Under the pieces are notes generated by a model. It was not told the DNA's origin. It did not search any database and worked only from the letters and a program-made list of their open reading frames with translations. Below, in pieces: positions 19,810 through 28,205 of a stretch of DNA of 64,000 nt. The position numbers and the translations under genes were made by a program. Each line of letters starts with the position of its first letter. Position 1 is the stretch's first letter. The stretch is from an uncultured Gammaproteobacteria bacterium (lineage in GTDB: Bacteria; Patescibacteriota; Patescibacteriia; VMEV01; CAYQCH01): assembly GCA_964503955.1 (NCBI GenBank), contig CAZDCG010000003.1:65522-129521 (forward strand), written 5' to 3'.

Positions 19810-20172
19810 ATGGCGCTTCAGTCCGCTCTGGTTCATGCAACCTACAAGATCATCGGCGGGCCGAGCAAGATGGAACTTATGCTCGGGCTCTTCGACTCCA
19901 CGAGGGCTTTCTCAAGACCCGTCTCCTTCACAGTCGAGACGGAGCCCATGGCCGGACCCATGCTCGCCGGCAGCAAGGGAGATGAGAACTTCCTGCAGCG
20001 CAACATGCAGATCTCCATCACATCGGTAGGAAAGGAGGACGGCTCCGGTGAGAGCTGGAACGTCGAGGGTATGGTCAAGCCTCTGGATCACACCAAAGGC
20101 GACTACGCTCGCGTGCGGATCTACTTCTCGACCCATCGGCGCAACGGCATCTTGAGTTTCATGCATTCCTAA
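19810..20172 (+). CDS. GC-rich orphan protein (120 aa), unknown function
   Basis: GGAGGTG RBS then ATG 19810; about 62% GC; strong terminator follows. Confidence 0.55.
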   Translation: MALQSALVHATYKIIGGPSKMELMLGLFDSTRAFSRPVSFTVETEPMAGPMLAGSKGDENFLQRNMQISITSVGKEDGSGESWNVEGMVKPLDHTKGDYARVRIYFSTHRRNGILSFMHS

Positions 20173-20193
20173 GCACCGCACCCGTGTAAGCGG

Positions 20194-20238
20194 CAGAAGC
20201 GCACCCGCGCCATGCTGCTTCCGGGTGCGCTTCTGTTT
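20194..20238 (+). terminator. terminator: 14-bp perfect stem CAGAAGCGCACCCG/CGGGTGCGCTTCTG, 14-nt loop, TTT
   Basis: read directly. Confidence 0.8.
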
Positions 20239-20340
20239 AGAAAGAAAAAGAGAAGAGACAAGTTGATTGACAAAACCATCTCATTTTTCTATGATTATGT
20301 CGCGCCTCATCAGCAGGCCGTTTTCTTTTATGCCAATTTT

Positions 20341-20415
20341 GGCCCCATCGTCTAACGGTTAGGACGCCAGGTTTTCATCCTGGAAATCGGGGTTCGATTC
20401 CCCGTGGGGTCACCA
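20341..20415 (+). tRNA. tRNA-Glu(TTC), CCA encoded
   Basis: GGCCCCATCGTCTAACGGTTAGGACG...; anticodon loop TTTTCAT. Confidence 0.9.
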
Positions 20416-20470
20416 TCAAAAAGCCGTAGAAAGTTTATTCAATTCTGGATGAGCTCTCTACGGCTTTTTG
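20397..20470 (+). repeat. direct repeat copy A: tRNA-Glu 3' end (ATTCCCCGTGGGGTCACCATCAAAAAG) plus hairpin AGCCGTAGA...TCTACGGCT TTTTG
   Basis: shares an ATTCCCC...TCACCA(C/T)(A/C)AAAAA core with copies B and C. Confidence 0.8.
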
Positions 20471-20552
20471 AGATCCAGATCAAGATCTGGATATCTGGAT
20501 TCAAGATCCGAAGGCAGGGAAGCCCTATGGAAGGCCCGCCAGGGCGAGTGAG

Positions 20553-20602
20553 ATTCCCCGTGGTGTCACCACAAAAAGCACCAGTATTTCTGGTGCCTTT
20601 TG
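20553..20602 (+). repeat. direct repeat copy B: ATTCCCCGTGGTGTCACCACAAAAAG plus hairpin GCACCAG-tattt-CTGGTGC CTTTTG
   Basis: 24/27 identity to tRNA-Glu 3' end; different hairpin sequence. Confidence 0.8.
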
Positions 20603-20654
20603 TATGGACCAAAGGAGAGACTAAAACCAAGTGTGCTATAATTGCCCAAGTTAA

Positions 20655-21494
20655 TTGAATTCAATGCCTTCAAAAAGCTCCATTGGTAAATCTGATAAGT
20701 TATTTGCGTTTCCGAAAGATAAGTCGGCACTGGTTAAAATCCAGCGCTCCTTAGAGGAGTACGGAAAAGAACACTGTGATACAGAATCCTTACCCATTGA
20801 CTTGAGTAAGGCTTACGATTTTTTGAAAGACAATGATGGCAAAAACAGGTTGTGGGCGGCATTGATTGATTTTTTGCTTGCATATCTCCATCTCTTCAGG
20901 TCCTTTATGCGTTTCTCAATCAACTGGTCTGATGAGGTGGTTGGTGGCCAAGATACCATACAAGATAGACTTGATCTTCACTATGATCTTTCAAGTTTCA
21001 CTATTAGATATCGAGCTGTGTGGGATAAGTTTATGGGAGTGTACTTGCTCTTGTATGCTCCAAATAAGTACAAAGATTTTTGGAAGGCAAACTCAAAACG
21101 AAAATACTTCTTAAACTTTTTACGAGCTGATCTCGAGAAGCATGAGCTGGCCACTTACATGGAAAAGGTTTTTAATAAGTTCGAGAAAGAATTTAGAACT
21201 GGCGAGATTCATGGCTCAGGAAAGCTTAGATTGTGGAGCTTCCTCCCACCCAAAGAGATAGTTTCGAAAGGTAGTGATGATATGAAAGAGAATATGGTTT
21301 TTCATCTTGTAATGTATTACAACACCCTACTTCAATCTATCCATGTTTTAGGACATTGCTTATCAGGGGAAGATGATTGTTCATGCTATGGGCAAAAAAA
21401 GTCAGTCAAAGTGAAAGCCATATCAAAGAAAAAGCTTCAAACTGCAGAGATTAGTGAAGACGACATTGTTCGAGTAAAAAATTTCTTTGATTGA
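20655..21494 (+). CDS. low-GC (about 37%) orphan protein with an Rx4H motif (RTGEIHGSG); possible HEPN-like nuclease/abortive-infection-type protein
   Basis: compositional outlier bracketed by repeat copies B and C. Confidence 0.5.
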   Translation: MNSMPSKSSIGKSDKLFAFPKDKSALVKIQRSLEEYGKEHCDTESLPIDLSKAYDFLKDNDGKNRLWAALIDFLLAYLHLFRSFMRFSINWSDEVVGGQDTIQDRLDLHYDLSSFTIRYRAVWDKFMGVYLLLYAPNKYKDFWKANSKRKYFLNFLRADLEKHELATYMEKVFNKFEKEFRTGEIHGSGKLRLWSFLPPKEIVSKGSDDMKENMVFHLVMYYNTLLQSIHVLGHCLSGEDDCSCYGQKKSVKVKAISKKKLQTAEISEDDIVRVKNFFD

Positions 21495-21526
21495 GTGAAA
21501 CTACCTGAAATCAGATTTTAATTCTT

Positions 21527-21570
21527 ATTCCCCAAGCTCACCACAAAAACCGCTCAGTGAGCGGTTTTTG
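21527..21570 (+). repeat. direct repeat copy C: ATTCCCCAAGCTCACCACAAAAA plus hairpin CCGCTCA-g-TGAGCGG TTTTTG
   Basis: same core as A/B, again with a distinct hairpin. Confidence 0.75.
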
Positions 21571-21819
21571 TAATCTAGCGTCTAAATCTATATCTGTTAC
21601 CAGATCTAAACGAAGTCATAATCTTCTCTGTGTTATAGAGAGAGATCCAGGCCTAGCAGGTAGATAGAGCTCTTGGTATCGCTTCGCGAGCTATATAATA
21701 TGCGGGCCAGTATGGCCTAAAACGATTTATCAAAAATGGATACGTCTGTTCATTCTGCTGCGAAGAAAATCCATGTATCCTTATTCGAAAGTGAGTAGGT
21801 TTTGCGCTTTCGTCTCCCC

Positions 21820-21852
21820 ATAAAAAAACCGCCCTTGCGGGCGGCTTTTTAT
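21820..21852. terminator. bidirectional terminator AAAAAAA-CCGCCC-ttgc-GGGCGG-CTTTTTA
   Basis: read directly; ends the minus-strand DUF4349-like gene. Confidence 0.8.
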
Positions 21853-21861
21853 CGGCCAAGC

Positions 21862-22866
21862 TTATTTCTCCCAAAAGCTCCTGATAAATCTCCAGCCGTA
21901 TTTTGCCACAAAGAGGAGAATCAATCCGTAGAGCATGTACTGGACAAGCATGAGGAGCAGCGCGATCAAACCAATGCTGAGTCCCTGCAGAATTTCATTC
22001 ACGCTTGAGACAAAATCACGCACCGCCTGCTTCCAGGAATCCTTGATATTCTCGATGTCAACGTATTTATTCTCAAGAACCTGTACGGTGAAGAACGTAT
22101 ACTGCAGGCGGTCAAGCTGCTGCGTTTTCATGCGTTCGATACGGTCAAGCTGCTCATTGATCGCGATGCGTTCCTGCGTAAGCTGTTCGATAATGCGGAT
22201 TTTGCTTTCGATAATTTTGGCCAGCGTTTCAACGTCATTATTATCGGTAGCAAGCCCCGTGATCTGGTCGTAGGCAGCAATGGCATTTTCCAGCGTTTCA
22301 TCAATAGAAGCTTTCTTGCGTTCGAGAATGTCGATTTCGCTTGTGAAGTCATCGACTTGCTGCTTGATCGTATAAACATTTTCCGAGAGATCTTTTGGAT
22401 CAAGGCTGTTAAGCAGGACAAGGATATCATCAGCCTGAGCGTTTTCAACCTTGAAGGTGAAGTGGCAGCCGCGTTCATACTCATACGCGTTCTCAAAAAT
22501 CACATCGGAGCGGGTTTTCAGGCCGCTGATTTTTGCGCAAACCGTTTCTTTGTCGCGGGTTTCAATGGTGGCATTGTATGATTTGACTTCAAACTCTTCC
22601 GCGTCATTGCCAACCGGGGAAGTCGGTACGGGCGCGATGCCTGGCTGTGAAACCTGGTACGTGTCTCTTGCTGCAAAGCTCGAGGCGCTGCCGTCAAACC
22701 CGCCCATGCCCATAGGGACAATGGAGTTTCGCTTGATGGCAAGTTCGCCAAAAGGTTTGCCAAATAAGGTTGAAATAAATGCCAGCAGCAGAATACCGAG
22801 GAGAACGGCGATCCCTGCTTTGAGCGCGGTCATCGGTTTGAGACCGAGCTTTTTAAAGATATCCAT
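21862..22866 (-). CDS. membrane-anchored coiled-coil protein (N-terminal TM, long coiled coil, C-terminal TM); DUF4349-like architecture
   Basis: hydrophobic segments at both ends; heptad-rich middle. Confidence 0.55.
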   Translation of the reverse strand: MDIFKKLGLKPMTALKAGIAVLLGILLLAFISTLFGKPFGELAIKRNSIVPMGMGGFDGSASSFAARDTYQVSQPGIAPVPTSPVGNDAEEFEVKSYNATIETRDKETVCAKISGLKTRSDVIFENAYEYERGCHFTFKVENAQADDILVLLNSLDPKDLSENVYTIKQQVDDFTSEIDILERKKASIDETLENAIAAYDQITGLATDNNDVETLAKIIESKIRIIEQLTQERIAINEQLDRIERMKTQQLDRLQYTFFTVQVLENKYVDIENIKDSWKQAVRDFVSSVNEILQGLSIGLIALLLMLVQYMLYGLILLFVAKYGWRFIRSFWEK

Positions 22867-22947
22867 AAAAATGGGGATTAGATTGCCTGCATTATAGCAT
22901 GCATAGCTTTAGTCTATGCTAAACTGTTCAAAAAGAATGATCGCATC

Positions 22948-25035
22948 ATGCTGAGTCGTCTGTTTGTCCGTACGATAATCACTTTCTCTTTTACGCTTCT
23001 CTTACAGACGCTCTTTTTCATTTTGTACTATCAAGCATTGGGACTCGCGTTCAGCTTCAATGCGTTTATTTACATTTTGTTCGGATCGCTTATCTGTATC
23101 GGGGCGATGCTGCTGTTCAAGCGCTCAGCCGCTGCTATCGGATTAACGCTGTTTGTGGCGCTGTTGACGATCTACGCCTTGATCAACTTCGCTTTTTTCC
23201 GCGTCTTTCATACCTTCTGGCGCGCACAGCTAGACCGGGTGGCGGCATTGAATCGTTCAATGCTTGAGCTGCTCAGTGATTTTGTCTATCTGATCCCGGC
23301 CTGGCTTTGGGGCATGAGCTTTGCGGTGGTAGCGGGATCAGGCGTTGCCTTCTTTCTCTTTGCCAGCTTTTTACGGAAAAATTTGCATTGGCAGTCCTCG
23401 AAGATCAGACTCGGCGCGCCTGTCGCAGGGATCGCGCTTATCGCTTTTGCTTCCATATCGATGTATTTCTTTACTTCGCATCTTGTCCACCAACTCTCAA
23501 AACAGTCCTACGATCGCGAACGGATCTTAAGCGAACTAAGCCTCTACGGGTTTCTCCTGCAAAGCGGATTTTCGCAACCTTCTTCGGTATCAGCGGCGCA
23601 GGTTTCTGAAGCGCAACCGCAGCAGGAGGAAACGCTCGTCCACGACGAGCCAAGCGATTTTGCGATTTTGCGCGAGCGTATCGCGGGTTTATCACAAGCA
23701 AAACCAAGAGCGGCCGCCTTGCCGCAGATGCGCGGAACATTCCCGCATATCGTCATTTACCAAATGGAATCCGTCGCTTCCTGGGCGGCGGATATGCCGG
23801 GTGTCATGCCTTTTTTCACGCAGCTCAAACAGCATGGGATCACGGCCGATCGATTCTTTTCCAATAGCTGCATGACCATCAATGCGGAATTTTCCACGCT
23901 ATGCAGTTTTCTGCCTGAATCTTACGGCCCCATGAGTGATCTTTATGCAAGCAATACCTATGCTTGTTTGCCAGAAATTCTCAGCAGTCAGTATCGATAC
24001 TCTTCCACCATATATCATGCCAATGACCCGGAATTTTGGAACCGCACGCAGCTGGCGCCGGCATGGGGATTTAATGAGCTCAAATTTTCTCCTGATTATC
24101 AATACCGTCAGAATGACGCTTCGATTCTGCAGGATATTGTTGAAGATATCAAAGCCGCTGACGCACCAACCTTGCACTATCTTGTCGGCTTTACCTCGCA
24201 TGCTCCGCATAATAAAGAGTTCCGCCAGGCACATAATGCGCAGGGCGGGCTTCAAATGCATCCTTTTCACGGGGATATTGATCCCTCAGTTAATGGCGTG
24301 GAGATTGATGAGCAGACAATCAGAGAGTATCTTGGCAATCTGCGCACCATTGATCAGGGTATTGAGCTCTTCTTTCAGCGGTTAAGCAAAGAAGGATTAC
24401 TTGAGGACACCATTGTTATTATTTTTGGGGATCATCGCTACTACAATTTCAAAACGGAGAATAAGGTAAACGATTTTTTGCGATACAATGAGCTGCCATT
24501 CGTGATGGTAGTGCCAAAAGCCTATGGCGGAACCAATCCTTCCATCGCAAGCCAGATGGATATCGCGCCGACCATTTTACATTTGCTTGAAGGCTCCATG
24601 GTGCATTTGCCTGAGCAGTTTATCGGACATAGCCTGCTTGATCCGGCCCATCCGCAAAATGCCCTCAGCAAATGTCTGGGGGAAGTTTCTTATATCGATG
24701 AGCAACAAATCATCAAAGGAGACGCATCTTTGCAGATATACAATCAGCTTCTTGGTATTTCCAATGCGCAGGCGCAAGAACAAATCCGCTTGATTACGCA
24801 GACCACCGACGACCTTATCAGGCAAAACCGCTTGCAAGGGCAGGAGGGTCAAGCAGATTTCGTGCCTGAGCTAGTCTTTACGCAGGAAACGGATACGGAC
24901 CAGGACGGCCTCTCTGATTTGCGGGAGAAGACAATCGCTACGAACAGGCTCAATAAGGATACGGACGGCGATGGGTTTCTTGACGGCGTTGAAGTAGCCA
25001 ATGGCTATGATCCGCTCGGTCCGGGACGGCGCTGA
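22948..25035 (+). CDS. LtaS/sulfatase-family phosphoglycerol-transferase-like membrane enzyme (5 TM N-terminus, extracellular sulfatase domain) with C-terminal TSP3-like Ca-binding repeats
   Basis: GDHRYYN and sulfatase-like segments. Tail DTDQDGLSDL...DTDGDGFLDG matches the tail of 2502..5723. Confidence 0.7.
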   Translation: MLSRLFVRTIITFSFTLLLQTLFFILYYQALGLAFSFNAFIYILFGSLICIGAMLLFKRSAAAIGLTLFVALLTIYALINFAFFRVFHTFWRAQLDRVAALNRSMLELLSDFVYLIPAWLWGMSFAVVAGSGVAFFLFASFLRKNLHWQSSKIRLGAPVAGIALIAFASISMYFFTSHLVHQLSKQSYDRERILSELSLYGFLLQSGFSQPSSVSAAQVSEAQPQQEETLVHDEPSDFAILRERIAGLSQAKPRAAALPQMRGTFPHIVIYQMESVASWAADMPGVMPFFTQLKQHGITADRFFSNSCMTINAEFSTLCSFLPESYGPMSDLYASNTYACLPEILSSQYRYSSTIYHANDPEFWNRTQLAPAWGFNELKFSPDYQYRQNDASILQDIVEDIKAADAPTLHYLVGFTSHAPHNKEFRQAHNAQGGLQMHPFHGDIDPSVNGVEIDEQTIREYLGNLRTIDQGIELFFQRLSKEGLLEDTIVIIFGDHRYYNFKTENKVNDFLRYNELPFVMVVPKAYGGTNPSIASQMDIAPTILHLLEGSMVHLPEQFIGHSLLDPAHPQNALSKCLGEVSYIDEQQIIKGDASLQIYNQLLGISNAQAQEQIRLITQTTDDLIRQNRLQGQEGQADFVPELVFTQETDTDQDGLSDLREKTIATNRLNKDTDGDGFLDGVEVANGYDPLGPGRR

Positions 25036-25080
25036 GCGGCTTTGATGTCTGCTATACTGTAAACAACTTTATAGATTTCT

Positions 25081-25563
25081 ATGTTCAAGCATGTACAGGC
25101 GGCGTGCGCGACATGCGCGCCATGGGGGTTTACCTTTTTAAGATTGATGGTTGGCGCCATTCTCATCAATCATGGGTTTCCAAAACTCTTTGGAGAAACA
25201 GCGCAGATGCTGGCATTCTTTGAATCAACGATCTTGCCATTTCCCGCGTTCATGCTTTGGCTTGCGGGCGTGCTGGAATTCTTTGGCGGTATCGCGCTTC
25301 TTCTTGGCGCGGCAACGAGGTTTATATCCACGATGCTCGTGCTGGAATTTCTCGTCATTGTTCTCTTCGTGAAACTCCGCGTCGGATTCTCCGCCATGGA
25401 ATTTGACCTGCTGCTGCTTGCTTCTCTATACGCGCTTGCATCTGTTGGTGCGGGGAAGTGGAGCATCGACTGGCTTATTGCGAGACGAAAAAATCCTGAA
25501 GGAAAGGACGCTCAGAGCCAGCAGGCATCCAAACACGCAAGCCAGACACATTCATCCAAGTAA
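25081..25563 (+). CDS. DoxX-family membrane protein
   Basis: FLRLMVGAILINHGFPKLFG; 4 TM. Confidence 0.65.
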   Translation: MFKHVQAACATCAPWGFTFLRLMVGAILINHGFPKLFGETAQMLAFFESTILPFPAFMLWLAGVLEFFGGIALLLGAATRFISTMLVLEFLVIVLFVKLRVGFSAMEFDLLLLASLYALASVGAGKWSIDWLIARRKNPEGKDAQSQQASKHASQTHSSK

Positions 25564-25577
25564 CTATTGCGCGGTTT

Positions 25578-26930
25578 ATGAAACTCACTTTTTTTGCCGG
25601 AGCAAAGACCGTGACAGGAGCTAACTATTTGCTTGAAATCGGTTCCAAAAAAGTCTTGATAGACTGCGGGATGCTGCAGGGTGTTGATTTTGTTGAAACG
25701 TTCAACTATCAGCCATTTCCATATGATCCCGCATCGATTGACTATGTCTTTTTAACGCATGCGCATATCGACCATGTGGGCCGCGTGCCAAAGCTTGTCA
25801 GAGAAGGGTTTAAAGGAAAAATTATCGCGACCGCGCCAACCGTGGAGCTGGCCAAGCTCGCTTTGCGCGACAGCGTGCACATTATCGAACAGGAATCGCG
25901 CGAGCTTGAAAAAGATCCGTATTACACCATGGATGACGTGCAGAAAACGGACAAATTCTGGGTCAAACATAATTATCATGAGGTGATTGACCTTGGCGAG
26001 GGACTATCCGTTCAGCTGCTCAGCGCGGGCCATGTGCTAGGTTCAACCATGTACCGGTTCGTCAACGAACAGACTTCCGTCACATTTACGGGCGATCTTG
26101 GCAATGATCCTTCACCCTTGATCGGTCCGGCGGAAGATATCAGCGAAACCGATTACCTGGTCATGGAAGCTGTGTACGGAGACCGCGACCATGATCCGGC
26201 CAAAATTGGATCCAAGCTGCTGAAAGAAATTATTGAGGAAACCATTGGCCGCGGAGGCACCTTGCTGATCCCGTCATTTGCTTTGGAGCGAACCCAGGTG
26301 TTGTTGTACTACCTGAACAATATGATTGAACAGGGGAAAATCCCACAAGTACCCGTATTTGTCGACAGCCCGCTGGCCATCAAAATGACTAATGTGTTCA
26401 GTAAGCAGATTCAGTATTTCCGCAAAGAGCTGGTTACGCAGGTCAACGGGGGAGACAAGATCTTTGAATTTCCAGGCCTGCGTTTTACGGAAACGGTAGA
26501 GGAATCAAAGGCGATCAATAATCACAAAGGGCCAAAAATCATTATCGCCGGAAACGGCATGAGCACGGCCGGACGTATTCTGCATCATGAAAAGTTTAAT
26601 CTCAGCGATCCAAAGAATACCGTGCTGATTGTCGGCTACCAGGTAAAAAATTCGCTTGGGCGTCAATTGCTTGATGGCAAAAAGAAGGTGCGAATTCACC
26701 GCAAAGAAGTGGAGGTGCGAGCGGATGTCCATCAAATCACAGCGTTTAGCGCGCATGCGGATAAGCGCCAACTCATCGATTTTGTGACTCAAAAAGTACA
26801 TAACAAGCCAAAGCGCATCTTCATCGTTCAGGGTGAAGAAAACGCGGCGGAGCATTTAGCTTTCGAGCTTGATCAGCGGGGGTATAATGCGTATGTACCC
26901 AACTATAAAGAGATATTTGAATTGAGTTAA
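25578..26930 (+). CDS. MBL-fold beta-CASP ribonuclease (RNase J/CPSF-like)
   Basis: HAHIDHVG, beta-CASP motifs, AFSAHADKRQL. Confidence 0.8.
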   Translation: MKLTFFAGAKTVTGANYLLEIGSKKVLIDCGMLQGVDFVETFNYQPFPYDPASIDYVFLTHAHIDHVGRVPKLVREGFKGKIIATAPTVELAKLALRDSVHIIEQESRELEKDPYYTMDDVQKTDKFWVKHNYHEVIDLGEGLSVQLLSAGHVLGSTMYRFVNEQTSVTFTGDLGNDPSPLIGPAEDISETDYLVMEAVYGDRDHDPAKIGSKLLKEIIEETIGRGGTLLIPSFALERTQVLLYYLNNMIEQGKIPQVPVFVDSPLAIKMTNVFSKQIQYFRKELVTQVNGGDKIFEFPGLRFTETVEESKAINNHKGPKIIIAGNGMSTAGRILHHEKFNLSDPKNTVLIVGYQVKNSLGRQLLDGKKKVRIHRKEVEVRADVHQITAFSAHADKRQLIDFVTQKVHNKPKRIFIVQGEENAAEHLAFELDQRGYNAYVPNYKEIFELS

Positions 26931-27037
26931 CGGGATTAAAAACATGTAATACGTTAACCCATGAACCCATTCACTCGTTAACGGTTGCGAAAGCATCATT
27001 CATTGCCTCATAGCGGCAAATCTGCTAAGCATAGTGC

Positions 27038-28078
27038 ATGCGTATTCTTGGTATTGAAACATCCTGCGATGAAACGGCCGCGGCCGTACTCGACGTTGAC
27101 GACAAACGCATCAGCGTTCTTTCTAATATCATCAGCTCGCAAATGGGTATTCATAAAGCCTTTGGAGGTGTCGTTCCTGAGGTCGCCGCGCGTCAGCACG
27201 CAAGCCATATCCATACCATCGTGCAAAAAGCACTTGAATCGACCCCGTCCGGCGATGGATCCGATATCGATCTTGTCGCCGTAACGCAAGGGCCGGGATT
27301 AAAAACTTCGTTGCTTGTTGGAACAAATGCGGCGCAGACCTTGGCCGCGGCATGGACTATTCCGGTCATCGGCGTGAATCATCTTGAGGGACATGTGCTT
27401 TCTCCCTTTATTGATCATGCCGAGTATCCGCCGCAGAAAGATTTTTTCCCCGTCATTGTGCTTACCGTTTCAGGCGGACATACGCAAATTATTCTCATGC
27501 GCGGCATCGGCCAGTACGAAGTGCTTGGCTCAACCATTGATGATGCTGCGGGAGAAGCATTTGATAAAGTTTCCAAGATGCTGGGGCTTGGATATCCCGG
27601 CGGGCCGGTTATTGATCGTTTAGCCAAAGAAGGAAATCCTAACGCCTTTGATTTTCCTCGTCCAATGGAACACACGGATAATTACGATTTCAGTTTCAGC
27701 GGATTAAAAACCGCCGTGAAGTATGCCATCCGCGATCTGGCAGGGGACCGTGAATTAACAGATCAGGAAAAGCATGACATTGCTGCTTCTTTTCAGCGGG
27801 CTGTTGTGTCTGTTCTTGTCAAAAAAACGATCAAAGCGGCCAAAACGTATTCAGCCAGGACGGTTTTTCTTGCCGGCGGCGTGGGAGCCAACTCCGAGCT
27901 GCGCGAGATGCTGGAATCAGCCGTGAAGCATGATCTTTCAGACGCAAAGTGTCTGCTCATCGACCGGCGTTATTCAGGCGACAATGCCGCGATGATCGCT
28001 TTGGCGGGGTATTTTACGTTTTTGAGGAATAAAACGAACCTACCTGAGATCAAGGTAGATCCAAAGTTGAGATTTTGA
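27038..28078 (+). CDS. tsaD: tRNA N6-adenosine threonylcarbamoyltransferase TsaD (Kae1/Gcp)
   Basis: MRILGIETSCDETAAAV, SGGH. Confidence 0.9.
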   Translation: MRILGIETSCDETAAAVLDVDDKRISVLSNIISSQMGIHKAFGGVVPEVAARQHASHIHTIVQKALESTPSGDGSDIDLVAVTQGPGLKTSLLVGTNAAQTLAAAWTIPVIGVNHLEGHVLSPFIDHAEYPPQKDFFPVIVLTVSGGHTQIILMRGIGQYEVLGSTIDDAAGEAFDKVSKMLGLGYPGGPVIDRLAKEGNPNAFDFPRPMEHTDNYDFSFSGLKTAVKYAIRDLAGDRELTDQEKHDIAASFQRAVVSVLVKKTIKAAKTYSARTVFLAGGVGANSELREMLESAVKHDLSDAKCLLIDRRYSGDNAAMIALAGYFTFLRNKTNLPEIKVDPKLRF

Positions 28079-28205
28079 GGAGACTTTACAGATTCACAGA
28101 GTGGGCAGACTCACAGACATCAAAAAGCATGTCGGTAACCAAAAACTCACAGACGAAATTATTTCGTGTCTGTGCGTCTGATAAGTCTGTGATATCTGTG
28201 CGTCT
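28079..28205. repeat. intergenic inverted-repeat element built of CACAGAC/GTCTGTG units (GACTTTACAGATTCACAGAG...GTCTGTGCGTCTG), between convergent tsaD and the PilB-like gene
   Basis: related copies at 47895-47935 and 51672-51682. Confidence 0.6.

Noticed and set aside
21653-21874. 73-aa minus ORF and 68-aa plus ORF (21802..22008)
   Set aside because: Both run through the bidirectional terminator at 21820-21852.
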